A stretch of DNA of 64,000 nucleotides, from positions 1,040,161 through 1,104,160 of the forward strand of contig CAVZAA010000003.1 in the NCBI GenBank assembly GCA_963773105.1. The letters run 5' to 3'. Source of the DNA: an uncultured Actinomycetota bacterium. Lineage in GTDB: Bacteria; Actinomycetota; Actinomycetes; Streptosporangiales; Streptosporangiaceae. Positions 50,535 through 60,083 of this stretch are shown here, one piece after another. Each line of letters starts with the position of its first letter. Within the stretch, counting starts at the first letter, position 1. The position numbers were made by a program, and so were the translations under genes. The notes under the pieces are model-generated. The model had not been told where the DNA came from and made no database searches. It saw only the letters and a program-made list of their open reading frames with translations.

Positions 50535-53500
50535 TCAGCCGTAGAACAGCCGGTCCATAACCTTCCGCGCCCGCCGGGCAGTGCGCCGGTAGTCCTCCTC
50601 CAGCGCCTGGGCCGGGGTGTCGTTCCAGGCAACCCCGGAGTTGGCGGAATGTCCCGGGGCGTAGGCCCCGCCCGCCGACGGCTTGTAGCCGAGCAGCCGG
50701 GCCACCGCCGTGAGCTCGTCGTGCTTGGCCGGGAAGGCGTCGCCCGGGCGGCCGCGGACCAGCATGATCGCGTTCCGCACACGGGAGCCGAAACGCCAGG
50801 CTGCGCTCAGCGCGGCCGCGTCGGGGGCCGAGACGAGGCCCGCGTCCACCGCCGCGTCGAGCGCCTGCAGGGTGCGGGTGGTGCGCAGCCCCTCCTCGGC
50901 GTGGCCGTACTGAAGCTGGAGCAGCTGAACCGTCCACTCCACATCGGACAGGCCGCCCGGTCCGAGCTTGAGGTGCAGCGCCCGGTCGGTGCCGCGCGGG
51001 ATCCGCTCCGCCTCGATGCGCGCCTTGATCCGCCGGATTTCGCGCACGGCGGGGTCGCCGAGCCCGCCCGCCGGGTACCTGAACGGGTCGGCCAGCGCGA
51101 TGAACTCCGCCCCGAGGTCCGCGCAGCCGACCGCGAACTCGGCCCGCAGCAACGCCTGGAACTCCCACGGCGCGGCCCGCCGCTGGTAGTACGCCCGGCA
51201 GGCGGCCAGGCTGCGCACCAGCGGTCCCTGCCTGCCCTCGGGGCGCAGGTCCGCGTCGACCAGCAGCGGCGGGTCGGGCGCGGGGAGCGCTAGCAGCCGC
51301 CGCAGCTCGGCGCCGACCGCCTGCGCCGCGTCGGAGGCCTGCCGCTCGCCGGCGGCGTCAAGGCCCGGCAGCGGGTCATATACGAAGATCACATCGGCGT
51401 CGCTGCCGAAGCCCGACTCGTGGCCGCCGTAGCGGCCCATCGCGATCACGGCGAACTTGATCGGCAGCGGGGCCCGCAGCTCCATCTCGATCTTCGCAGT
51501 GGCCACCGCGAGGACGGCCTCCAGCGTCGCGGTGGTGATCGCGGTCAGCGCCTCCGACGTCTCTGCCAGCCCGATGAGGCCGAGCACGTCCGCCGCCGCG
51601 ACCCGGAACAGCTCGCGGCGGCGCAGCGAGCGGATGGCGACCGCCGCCAGCTCGGCGTCGGCCGCGCCCCGGCCGCGGTGGTCGGCGCGGCCGGGGCCGG
51701 CCGGGCCGTCGGCGGGCCCGGTCAGATCGGCCGCGTGCCGCCTGGCGGCGGCCATCATCTCGGCCCGCAGCGCGTCTGCCGTCTTCGGCACCAGCTCGGC
51801 GTCGTCGGCGAAGATCGCGACCGCTTCCGGCGCCCGCAGCAGCAACCCGGTCGCGTAGCGGCTGGAAGCGAGCACGCAGGCGATCCGCTCGGCCGCCTTG
51901 GTCTCATCCCGCAGCAGGCGCAGGAACCACGGCGTCTCGCCCAGCGCCTCGCTCACCTGACGGAACGCGAGCAGCCCGGCGTCCGGCTCGGCCGCGTCCG
52001 CGAACCAGCCCAGCAGCACCGGCAGCAGCGTCCGCTGAATCGCCGCGCGGCGGCGCAGCCCCGAGGTCAGCGCCTCGATGTGCCGCAGCGCGCCCCCCGG
52101 GTCGTGGTAGCCGAGGGCCTCCAGGCGCGCCCGGGCCGCCTCCGGGGTGAGCCGGGCCGCGCCCGACGGGAGCTTCGCCACCGCGTCGAGCAGCGGCCGG
52201 TAGAACAGCTTCTCGTGCAGCCGCCGGACCTGCTGGGCATGCCGCGTCCAGGCCTGGGTGAACGCCTCCTCCGGTGAAGCCGGCGCGGGCGGGGCCTGCG
52301 GGGCGGGCGGGCGGCCGCCGGGCGGCGGCCGGACGCCGGTCTGCCCGGGGCCGAGGGGAAGCGTGGCGTTCGGGGGAACCAAGGGTCCGTTCGGGAAAAC
52401 CGGATTTGCTGAATTTGACTTTCGCAGCGCCCGGCCGAGGCGGCGGAGCACGGCCGGGTCGGTCGGCAGCGTGTGGGTGCGGCGCAGCTGGTAGATCTGG
52501 AGCAGGTGCTCGGTCTGGCGCAGGAACCGGTACGCCTGCGCGAGGTCATCGGCGTCGGCCCGGCCGACGTAGCCGCCGTCCGCCAGCGCGGTGAGCGCGG
52601 GCAGGGTGGCCGGGACGCGGAGCCGGTCGTCGGCCCGGCCGTGCACCAACTGCAGGAGCTGGACCGCGAACTCGATATCGCGCAGCCCGCCCGGGCCGAG
52701 CTTGAGCTCCCGGCCGGCCATGTTCTTGGGCAGCGTGGCCACCACCCGGCGGCGCATGGCCTGGACGTCCTCCACGAAGTTCTCGCGCTGCGCGGCCTGC
52801 CAGACCAGCGGGGCGACGGCCTTCGCGTAGCGGGCGCCGAGTTCCCTGTCGCCGGCCGCCGGGCGGGCCTTCAGCAGTGCCTGGAACTCCCAGGTTTTGG
52901 CCCACCGGTCGTAGTAGGCCAGGTGGCTGGCGAGGGTGCGGACGAGGGGACCCTGGCGGCCCTCGGGCCGCAGGTTCGGGTCGACCGGGAAGATGGCGCC
53001 CTCGGGGGTGACCCGTTCGCAGACCCGGATCGCGCCCGCCGCCAGCCTGGTGGCCGCGCCGAGGGCGGCCTCCTCGGAGGTCTGCTCGTCGGCGGGCTCG
53101 GCCACGAAGATCACGTCGACGTCGCTGGCGTAGTTCAGCTCGCGGGCACCGCACTTGCCCATCGCCACGATCGCCAGCCGCGCGGGCGCGGCCCCGCCCT
53201 CGGCGGCGTGCTCGGCCCGGGCGATGGCGAGGGCCGACTCGAGGACCGCGTCCGCCAGGTCGGCCAGCTCCGCCGCGGCCTGGTCGATCGTGACCACGCC
53301 GGTCAGGTCACGGGCGGCCAGGTGCAGGACGCCGCACCGGTAGGCGGCGGCGAGCAGGGCCGCGGGGTCGGTCTTGGCATCGCCCGCGGCCGCCACTGGA
53401 ACCCGGTCGTCCGGGTCGGCCCCGACCGCGCGCAGCAGCTCGCCCCGGATCTGGTGCGGGTCCGGGCGGCGGTCGGCGTCGCGGCCCTGGAGAACCGCGC

Positions 53501-53801
53501 TGTCGGCCGGGTGGCGGGCCAGGTGATCGGCCAGGGCCTTGCTGACGCCGAGGACGGCAATCAGCCGGGAGCGGAACGCTGGGTCCTGGGTCAGGCCGCC
53601 GATGAGGCCCTTGTCCCGCTCTGCGACCTGCGCCAGGCCGGCCAGCGCGAGGTCGGGATCGGCCGCCTGGGCGAGCGCGGCGAGCAGCGGGTGCTCCCCG
53701 CCGGCGATGCCGAGGGCGGCGAGCTCGCGTTCCGCCCGCGGTACGTCGGCGAAGCCCATCCTTGCCAGCCAGCCGGACAGGGAGGTACGCGTGCCGGTCA
53801 C
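50535..53801 (-). CDS. glnE: bifunctional glutamine synthetase adenylyltransferase/adenylyl-removing enzyme
   Basis: Two nucleotidyltransferase domains (MGKCGA.ELNYASDVD; MGRYGG.E.GFGSDAD); LRPEG..G and KLGPGGL.D.E each twice. Confidence 0.95.
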   Translation of the reverse strand: MTGTRTSLSGWLARMGFADVPRAERELAALGIAGGEHPLLAALAQAADPDLALAGLAQVAERDKGLIGGLTQDPAFRSRLIAVLGVSKALADHLARHPADSAVLQGRDADRRPDPHQIRGELLRAVGADPDDRVPVAAAGDAKTDPAALLAAAYRCGVLHLAARDLTGVVTIDQAAAELADLADAVLESALAIARAEHAAEGGAAPARLAIVAMGKCGARELNYASDVDVIFVAEPADEQTSEEAALGAATRLAAGAIRVCERVTPEGAIFPVDPNLRPEGRQGPLVRTLASHLAYYDRWAKTWEFQALLKARPAAGDRELGARYAKAVAPLVWQAAQRENFVEDVQAMRRRVVATLPKNMAGRELKLGPGGLRDIEFAVQLLQLVHGRADDRLRVPATLPALTALADGGYVGRADADDLAQAYRFLRQTEHLLQIYQLRRTHTLPTDPAVLRRLGRALRKSNSANPVFPNGPLVPPNATLPLGPGQTGVRPPPGGRPPAPQAPPAPASPEEAFTQAWTRHAQQVRRLHEKLFYRPLLDAVAKLPSGAARLTPEAARARLEALGYHDPGGALRHIEALTSGLRRRAAIQRTLLPVLLGWFADAAEPDAGLLAFRQVSEALGETPWFLRLLRDETKAAERIACVLASSRYATGLLLRAPEAVAIFADDAELVPKTADALRAEMMAAARRHAADLTGPADGPAGPGRADHRGRGAADAELAAVAIRSLRRRELFRVAAADVLGLIGLAETSEALTAITTATLEAVLAVATAKIEMELRAPLPIKFAVIAMGRYGGHESGFGSDADVIFVYDPLPGLDAAGERQASDAAQAVGAELRRLLALPAPDPPLLVDADLRPEGRQGPLVRSLAACRAYYQRRAAPWEFQALLRAEFAVGCADLGAEFIALADPFRYPAGGLGDPAVREIRRIKARIEAERIPRGTDRALHLKLGPGGLSDVEWTVQLLQLQYGHAEEGLRTTRTLQALDAAVDAGLVSAPDAAALSAAWRFGSRVRNAIMLVRGRPGDAFPAKHDELTAVARLLGYKPSAGGAYAPGHSANSGVAWNDTPAQALEEDYRRTARRARKVMDRLFYG

Positions 53802-53951
53802 GGTAATGAGCGTATACCGCTTCGTTGACCTGCCGGGAAATGCGGCTGTAACGTCCGAATTCTGGCTGGTTGCACGGACCGGGCAGGGACTGCTCGGGAG
53901 TGCACGGGATTGCCCGGCGAGAGCGCTGCGGCGGTGTGATAGGCATGATCC

Positions 53952-55829
53952 ATGGTTGATCTCATCCCTCGCAACGTGCTTTTCGGCAACCCTGAGCGGA
54001 TCCAGCCGCGCATCTCCCCCGATGGCGGGTCGCTGGCGTGGATCGCGCCCAAGGACGGCGTGCTGAACGTGTGGGTCGCGCCCATCCTCGCCCGAGCGGA
54101 CGCAGACTCGGGGGTCGACGGCGCCGGGGTCGACTGGGAAGCGTCGCGGGTGGTCACGGCGGACACCGACCGCGGCATCCGCACGTTCAGCTGGGCCCGG
54201 GACGGCCGGCACCTGCTGTACGTGCAGGACGCGGGCGGTGATGAGAACTGGCGGCTGTACGACGTGGCAGTGGACACGCTCGAACGGCGCGACCTGACCC
54301 CGTTCGACAAGATCCACGTGATGATCATCGGGACGTCCAAGCGGCGGCCGACCGAGGTACTGGTCGGTATCAACGCCGACAACCCGCAGCTGCACGACGT
54401 GTACCGACTGGACCTGGTCAGCGGCGATCTGGTCAAGGAGATCGAGAACCCGGGCTACGCGGGCTGGCTGGCGGACGAGGACCTGGTGGTGCGGTGCGCG
54501 ATCGCGCCGCTGCCGGACGGCTCGCTCGACGTGCTGGTGCGGGACTCCGGCGCGGATGCCGATTTTCGCACGCTGCTGACGATCCCGGCCGAGGACGCGA
54601 CGTCGACCGACGTGGTCTCGTTCAGCGGCGACGGGCGGTCCCTGCTGATGACCAGCGCGGCCGACTCCGACACGGCCCGGCTCGTCAGGGTCGACCTGAC
54701 GACGGGGGCCGAGACGGTACTGGCGTCAGACCCCGAGGCGGACATCGCCGGGGTGATGCTGCAGCCGGACACCCGCGACCCGCAGATCGTGATGATCCTG
54801 AAGGACCGGATGGAGTACCTGGTGCTCGACCCGTCGGTCGCCGAGGACCTGCGCGCCGTGCAGAAGCTGCACCCGGGCGACCCGAGCTTCTCCGGGCGCG
54901 ACGACGCCGACGCCACCTGGCTGATCGCCTACAACGTCGACGCCGGGTCGGTCGCCTACTACATGTACGACAGGAAGAGCCGCACCGGCCGGCCGCTGTT
55001 CGTGGCCCGGCCGGAGCTGGCGGACTACACCCTGGCCGCGATGGAGCCGTTCTCCTACGCCGCCCGGGACGGGCTCGTCATCCACGGGTACCTGACGTTC
55101 CCGCCCGGCGTCGACCGCTCGTCGCTGCCGGCCGTGCTCAACGTGCACGGCGGGCCACAGGTGCGCGACGCCTGGGGGTACGACCCCGAGGCGCAGTGGT
55201 TCGCCAACCGCGGCTACCTGTGCGTGCAGGTCAACTACCGCGGCTCGACCGGCTACGGCAAGTCGTTCATCAACGCAGGCGACCGCGAGTGGGGCGGCAA
55301 GATGCACGACGACCTGATCGACGCGGTGTCTTACATCGTCGGCCAGGGATGGGCGGATCCGGACCTGGTGGCGATCTACGGCGGATCTTACGGCGGGTAC
55401 GCGGCGCTGGTGGGGGCCGCGTTCACGCCCGATGTCTTCTGCTGCGCGGTGGACATCGTGGGGCCGTCGAACCTGAAGACGCTGCTTGAAACGATCCCGC
55501 CCTACTGGGCGCCGATGATCGCGCAGCTCTACCGGCGGGTCGGCAACCCCGAGACCGACGAGGAATTCCTGTGGTCGCGCTCGCCGCTGTCGCGGGCGCG
55601 CGACATCCGCATCCCGCTCCTGATCGCGCAGGGGGCCAACGACCCCCGGGTCAAGCAGGCCGAGTCCGAGCAGATCGTCGCCGCGCTGAAGGACGCCGGC
55701 ATCGACTACGAGTACATGCTGTTTCCCGACGAGGGCCACGGCTTCGCCAAGCCGGAGAACCGGATCAAGTTCTACGCGGCGGCCGAGCGGTTCCTCGCCC
55801 GGTACCTGGGGGGCCGCTTCGAGGAGTGA
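53952..55829 (+). CDS. S9 family peptidase (propeller plus hydrolase domain)
   Basis: HGGP, NYRGS.GYG, GGSYGG, GAND.RV, DEGHG. Confidence 0.93.
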   Translation: MVDLIPRNVLFGNPERIQPRISPDGGSLAWIAPKDGVLNVWVAPILARADADSGVDGAGVDWEASRVVTADTDRGIRTFSWARDGRHLLYVQDAGGDENWRLYDVAVDTLERRDLTPFDKIHVMIIGTSKRRPTEVLVGINADNPQLHDVYRLDLVSGDLVKEIENPGYAGWLADEDLVVRCAIAPLPDGSLDVLVRDSGADADFRTLLTIPAEDATSTDVVSFSGDGRSLLMTSAADSDTARLVRVDLTTGAETVLASDPEADIAGVMLQPDTRDPQIVMILKDRMEYLVLDPSVAEDLRAVQKLHPGDPSFSGRDDADATWLIAYNVDAGSVAYYMYDRKSRTGRPLFVARPELADYTLAAMEPFSYAARDGLVIHGYLTFPPGVDRSSLPAVLNVHGGPQVRDAWGYDPEAQWFANRGYLCVQVNYRGSTGYGKSFINAGDREWGGKMHDDLIDAVSYIVGQGWADPDLVAIYGGSYGGYAALVGAAFTPDVFCCAVDIVGPSNLKTLLETIPPYWAPMIAQLYRRVGNPETDEEFLWSRSPLSRARDIRIPLLIAQGANDPRVKQAESEQIVAALKDAGIDYEYMLFPDEGHGFAKPENRIKFYAAAERFLARYLGGRFEE

Positions 55830-55851
55830 GGCGCTTTTGGCGGGCAGCGTC

Positions 55852-55928
55852 GTGGGCCACAAGGCAGGTATGGCGGCCCGACACGCTTGGCCTTGTGGCC
55901 CACAGGTTCTTATCTAAGAACCTGTGGG
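55852..55928. other. two overlapping 14-bp perfect inverted repeats
   Basis: GTGGGCCACAAGGC/GCCTTGTGGCCCAC (55852-55903) and CCCACAGGTTCTTA-TC-TAAGAACCTGTGGG (55899-55928). Confidence 0.8.
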
Positions 55929-56019
55929 GCGGAAAGACCATGATGACTAGGCGGCAATCTCGGCTGCCTGGTCCGCGCCTCTCGCTGCTCGCCGCCGATT
56001 CGTGGCAGCATGTCAAGAT

Positions 56020-56739
56020 ATGTCGAGGTATTCGCGTGGGCCGGCGGCGCTGGCGGCCGCCGCCTGCGCCGCACTCACGCTGACCGCTTCGCTGACCGGC
56101 TGCGACGCGATCGGGAAGCTCGGCGCGGCGGGGCACTACCCGGCGGCGAGGAACTTCACGATCGACGGACGGGTGACGACCGTGATCATCGAGGCGGGCA
56201 GCGGCTCGGTCGATGTCACCGCCGCCGACCGGTCCACCGTCGGCGTATCGCAGCAGGCGGCGTACTCGAGCACGCCGCCCGCCGCTCGGCGGGTGCTGAG
56301 CGGGAGCACGCTCACCCTCTCCTACACCTGCCCGAGGGAACTCACGTGCGGGATTTCCTACACCGTGCAGGTGCCGCGCGGGGTGGCGGTCCGGGTCTCG
56401 GGCGGCGCAGGCGAGATCACGCTGACCGCGCTGTCGGGCACGGTGACCGCGCAGACCGACGCCGGGCTGATCACGGCGGTCGATCTCCGCTCGGCCGCCG
56501 TGAGCCTGAAATCCGACGCGGGCGGGATCATCGCCACCTGCGCGGTCGCGCCGCGGTCGCTTGACGCGTCGACCCGCCTGGGGCCGATCACCCTGACGGT
56601 GCCGGGCACGGTGGCCTACAAGATCAGCAGCCATACGTTCGTGGGCACCTCCACCATCACCGTGCGCAGGTCCGCGACCTCGCCACACGAGATCACGACG
56701 AGCTCCGACGTCGGCTCCGTCTCGATCAGCCCCGCCTGA
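56020..56739 (+). CDS. DUF4097 beta-strand repeat lipoprotein
   Basis: Lipobox LTGC; repeated S/T-x-x-G-x-I/V beta units. Confidence 0.78.
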   Translation: MSRYSRGPAALAAAACAALTLTASLTGCDAIGKLGAAGHYPAARNFTIDGRVTTVIIEAGSGSVDVTAADRSTVGVSQQAAYSSTPPAARRVLSGSTLTLSYTCPRELTCGISYTVQVPRGVAVRVSGGAGEITLTALSGTVTAQTDAGLITAVDLRSAAVSLKSDAGGIIATCAVAPRSLDASTRLGPITLTVPGTVAYKISSHTFVGTSTITVRRSATSPHEITTSSDVGSVSISPA

Positions 56740-56941
56740 CGCCTGCCGCCCGGTCCTGGGCGGGTGCGGGTCTGCGGTGGCGGGCAATTCAAAGTCACCG
56801 ATATCCCGAACGGACCCTGTCTCCGCCTCCACCGTCCGGCCGACTCCACACGCGGCAACGCCCCTCCCAAAACGCGTTCCGCTTCTTGCTGTTATCGTTT
56901 CGGGTGCCGGTCGGTGTCGTGGGGCGACCCGGTGGGATGGG

Positions 56942-57089
56942 GTCGATGGCGTAGGCGACAGGGTCGGCGATCGGTCAGCTACGCCATTGACATCGCCTAT
57001 CGGTGTCGATGGCGTAGGTGACAGGTGGGGCCTCGGGTCGGTGGCGTCGGCGACAGGACCGGGATGGGGTCGATGGCGTGGGTGACGGG
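56942..57089. repeat. REP-like cluster 3 (5 copies)
   Basis: Forward 56942, reverse about 56972-56991, forward 57005, 57037 and 57069 (32-bp period). Confidence 0.88.
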
Positions 57090-57545
57090 TCAGCGGGCGT
57101 AGCCGGGGAGGTCGCCGCTGATCTCCCAGACCTGGGGCGGCTGGTGGTCGAAGAAGATGAGCGTCTGCGTGCCGCCCTGCGGCCCCGCCAGGATCTCGGC
57201 GGGCGGGCGCTGCACGCGGTTGATCGTCTCGTGGAAGAGGAACCAGAACAGCGAATGGGCCGTGATGTCCCAGAGGGCGACCGTGCCGATGCGGGTGTTC
57301 GCGTCGCTGCGGGACCAGGCGCCGTACTTACGGAACTCCAGCAGGTAGCGGCCGCTGTCCAGCCAGCCGATGTAGTGGACTGAGGAATTGTCGCTGCGGT
57401 CCCCCTCGGCCGTTACCCAGGGCAGGTTCCACAGCCGTTCGCCGGTGTCGGCGTCGACCACCCGGATGTGCTCCCCGTCGGAGACCGCCAGGACCTTGCC
57501 GCGCGTCGCCCAGGAGACGGCGCGTCGTTGACGGGAGCTGGTCAC
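57090..57545 (-). pseudogene. probable C-terminal fragment of a WD40/propeller protein
   Basis: VSW...GKVLAV...IRVVDADTG and VALWD segments; no clear RBS; starts 20 bp after the glnA2 stop. Confidence 0.4.
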
Positions 57546-57565
57546 CGCGATCCCGGCGGTGGTTT

Positions 57566-58927
57566 TTAGAGGATGGGGAGGTAGCGGTCTAGCTCGTAGC
57601 GGCTGACCTGGCGGCGGTACTCCTGCCATTCCTCGCGCTTGTTGCGGAGGAAGAAGTCGAAGACGTGCTCGCCCAGGGTCTCGGCCACCAGGTCGCTGGA
57701 TTCCATCACCCGGATGGCCTCGTTGAGGTCGGACGGCAGCGGCTTGATGCCCATCGCGCGGCGCTCGGAGCTGGTCAGGGCCCACACGTCGTCTTCGGCG
57801 CCGGGCGGGAGCTCGTAGTCCTTCTCGACGCCCTTGAGGCCGGCCGCCAGGATGACGGAGAAGGCAAGGTAGGGATTGGTGGCCGCGTCCACCGAGCGGA
57901 ATTCCAGCCGGGTGGAGTTGCCCTTCTGCGGCTTGTACATCGGGACGCGGACCAGGGCGGAGCGATTGTTGTGGCCCCAGCAGACGTAGGCGGGAGCCTC
58001 GCCGCCGGCCCCGGCGGTGCGCTCGGCGCCGCCCCACAGGCGCTTGTAGGAGTTCACCCACTGGTTGCAGACGGCGGTGATCTCGGGGGCGTGCTTCAGC
58101 AGGCCCGCGATGAACGCGCGAGCGGTCTTCGACAGCTGGTATTCGGCGCCCGCCTCGTAGAAGGCGTTCTGGTCGCCCTCGAACAGCGAGAGGTGGGTGT
58201 GCATGCCCGAGCCGGGGTACTCGGTGAAGGGCTTGGGCATGAACGTCGCCCACACGCCCTGCTCAATCGCGACTTCCTTCATGACCAGGCGGAACGACAT
58301 GATGTTGTCGGCGGTGGTCAGCGCGTCGGCGTAGCGCAGGTCGATCTCCTGCTGGCCGGGGGCGCTCTCGTGGTGGCTGTACTCGACCGAGATGCCCATC
58401 GACTCGAGCATCGTGATGCTGGTGCGGCGGAAGTCGTGCGCGATGCTGTGCGGGGTGTGGTCGTAGTAGCCGCCCGAGTCGACCGGGACCGGGCTGGAGC
58501 CGACCTCGGGCCGGTCGCGCAGCAGGAAGAACTCGATCTCCGGGTGGGTGTAGAAGGTGAAGCCCATCTCGCTGGCCTTCGACAGGTTCCGCTTCAGCAC
58601 CCAGCGCGGGTCGGCGTAGCTCGGGGAGCCGTCGGGCAGCAGGATGTCGCAGAACATGCGGGCCACGCCCGGGTACTCACCCCGCCACGGCAGCAGCTGG
58701 AACGTCGACGGATCGGGCCGGGCGATCATGTCCGACTCGTGGACTCGCGCGAACCCCTCGATGGCGGATCCGTCGAAGCCGATGCCGTCCGCGAACGCGC
58801 CCTCGAGCTCGGCCGGGGCGACCGCGACGGATTTGAGCGCACCGAGCACGTCGGTGAACCAGAGCCGGACGAAGCGAATGTCCCGCTCTTCTAGCGTGCG
58901 CAGCACGAATTCTTCCTGCCTGTCCAC
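57566..58927 (-). CDS. glnA2: glutamine synthetase family protein, GlnA2-type
   Basis: MDRQEEFVLRTLEERDIRFVRLWFTD, FDGSAIEG, HHE.APGQ.EI, GSGMHTH; adjacent to glnE. Confidence 0.9.
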   Translation of the reverse strand: MDRQEEFVLRTLEERDIRFVRLWFTDVLGALKSVAVAPAELEGAFADGIGFDGSAIEGFARVHESDMIARPDPSTFQLLPWRGEYPGVARMFCDILLPDGSPSYADPRWVLKRNLSKASEMGFTFYTHPEIEFFLLRDRPEVGSSPVPVDSGGYYDHTPHSIAHDFRRTSITMLESMGISVEYSHHESAPGQQEIDLRYADALTTADNIMSFRLVMKEVAIEQGVWATFMPKPFTEYPGSGMHTHLSLFEGDQNAFYEAGAEYQLSKTARAFIAGLLKHAPEITAVCNQWVNSYKRLWGGAERTAGAGGEAPAYVCWGHNNRSALVRVPMYKPQKGNSTRLEFRSVDAATNPYLAFSVILAAGLKGVEKDYELPPGAEDDVWALTSSERRAMGIKPLPSDLNEAIRVMESSDLVAETLGEHVFDFFLRNKREEWQEYRRQVSRYELDRYLPIL

Positions 58928-59034
58928 GGCTATCACCTTAACGCTTCTCGCTGTTGGTTCACCCGCGCGGTGGCCGCCGGATGACACCCGGTGCCGGGGT
59001 CCGGTCACGGTAGCAGTAGTTGTGCCCGCTTTGC

Positions 59035-59050
59035 GTTTCCACTTGGTTAC
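59035..59050 (-). promoter_or_regulatory. GlnR box upstream of glnA2
   Basis: Minus strand reads GTAAC-CAAGTG-GAAAC. Confidence 0.65.
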
Positions 59051-59196
59051 GTTCCGATGATCGTTCTAAGGTCTGGGCTCGCATCGTTCTAGCGTGGGGG
59101 CTTGCGAGGCTGCGAGACGGGCACCCGAGACGCCCGCCGGCCTTTAGACTCGGGGTCCTAACCGGGACATTTTTCGCGACTAGGAACAGGTGAGGC

Positions 59197-60078
59197 ATGT
59201 CACTCACGGCAGTAAGCACAGCGGGTCCGGTCCTGGCCGAGAAGCTGGCGGAGTTCGATCGTGACGGCTACACGATCATCCCCGGTGCGCTGTCGGCCGA
59301 CGAAGTCGGCTTCTACCGAGACGCCCTTGACCGCGTGTACGCCGAGCAAGAGGCGGACGGGCGGGTCCACCCGGGCGCGTCGATGCACCAGCTCAGCGCC
59401 GTCGCCAACTGCCCCGAGGCGCTCGGCCTGGTCGACCACCCGACGACATTCCCTTACGTGTGGTCAATCCTGGGCTGGAACGTCCACGCGTACCACTCGC
59501 ACCTCGACGTTCACCCCCAGCTGCCGGCCAAGCGCCCCTTCCGGTTCGAGTGGCACCAGGACGGCGGGCGGCAGAACCGCGAGATCGAGACCGACCCCCG
59601 GCCGCGGCTGTCGGTGAAGTACGCGTTCTGGCTCTCTGACGTCTCCGAGACCGGCCGCGGCAACTTCAAGGTGGTGCCGGGCAGCCACCGGACCAACTGG
59701 ATCTCCGGGCCGCCGCGGCGCGACGTCGAGTGGCCTGACCCCGACGGCGCGATCGAGGTGACCGCGAACGCGGGCGACGCCGTGCTGTTCGACCGGCGGC
59801 TGTGGCACGCCCGGTCGGACAACTACTCGACGTTCACGCGCAAGGCGATGTTCGTCGGCTACACCTACCGCTGGGTCGCGATGCGGGACGAGAACGACGG
59901 CATCTGGTCGTCCGACCTGGCCGCCTCGATCTCCCCGGTGCAGCGGCAGCTGCTGGGCGGGCTGCCCGACACCGACGGCGACCACGCGTGGGGCCACTAC
60001 CCGGAGAGCACCCCGCTGTACGGCTGGCTGAAGGAGCGGGACCTGTTCGACCCGTCCAACCCGCCGCTCAAGGCGTAG
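59197..60078 (+). CDS. phytanoyl-CoA dioxygenase (PhyH) family Fe(II)/2OG oxygenase
   Basis: F.RDGY, WHQD, VPGSH, AGD...FD.RLWH...N...R. Confidence 0.9.
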   Translation: MSLTAVSTAGPVLAEKLAEFDRDGYTIIPGALSADEVGFYRDALDRVYAEQEADGRVHPGASMHQLSAVANCPEALGLVDHPTTFPYVWSILGWNVHAYHSHLDVHPQLPAKRPFRFEWHQDGGRQNREIETDPRPRLSVKYAFWLSDVSETGRGNFKVVPGSHRTNWISGPPRRDVEWPDPDGAIEVTANAGDAVLFDRRLWHARSDNYSTFTRKAMFVGYTYRWVAMRDENDGIWSSDLAASISPVQRQLLGGLPDTDGDHAWGHYPESTPLYGWLKERDLFDPSNPPLKA

Positions 60079-60083
60079 CGCGC

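Noticed and set aside
53802-54395. N-terminal extension of GlnE, and likewise of the glycosyltransferase (26438-27622)
   Set aside because: These overlap divergent real genes, and homology starts downstream
56942-57089. CRISPR array interpretation of the 32-bp-period repeats
   Set aside because: Spacers are only 11 bp, repeats are degenerate and in mixed orientation, clusters are dispersed, and no cas genes are present
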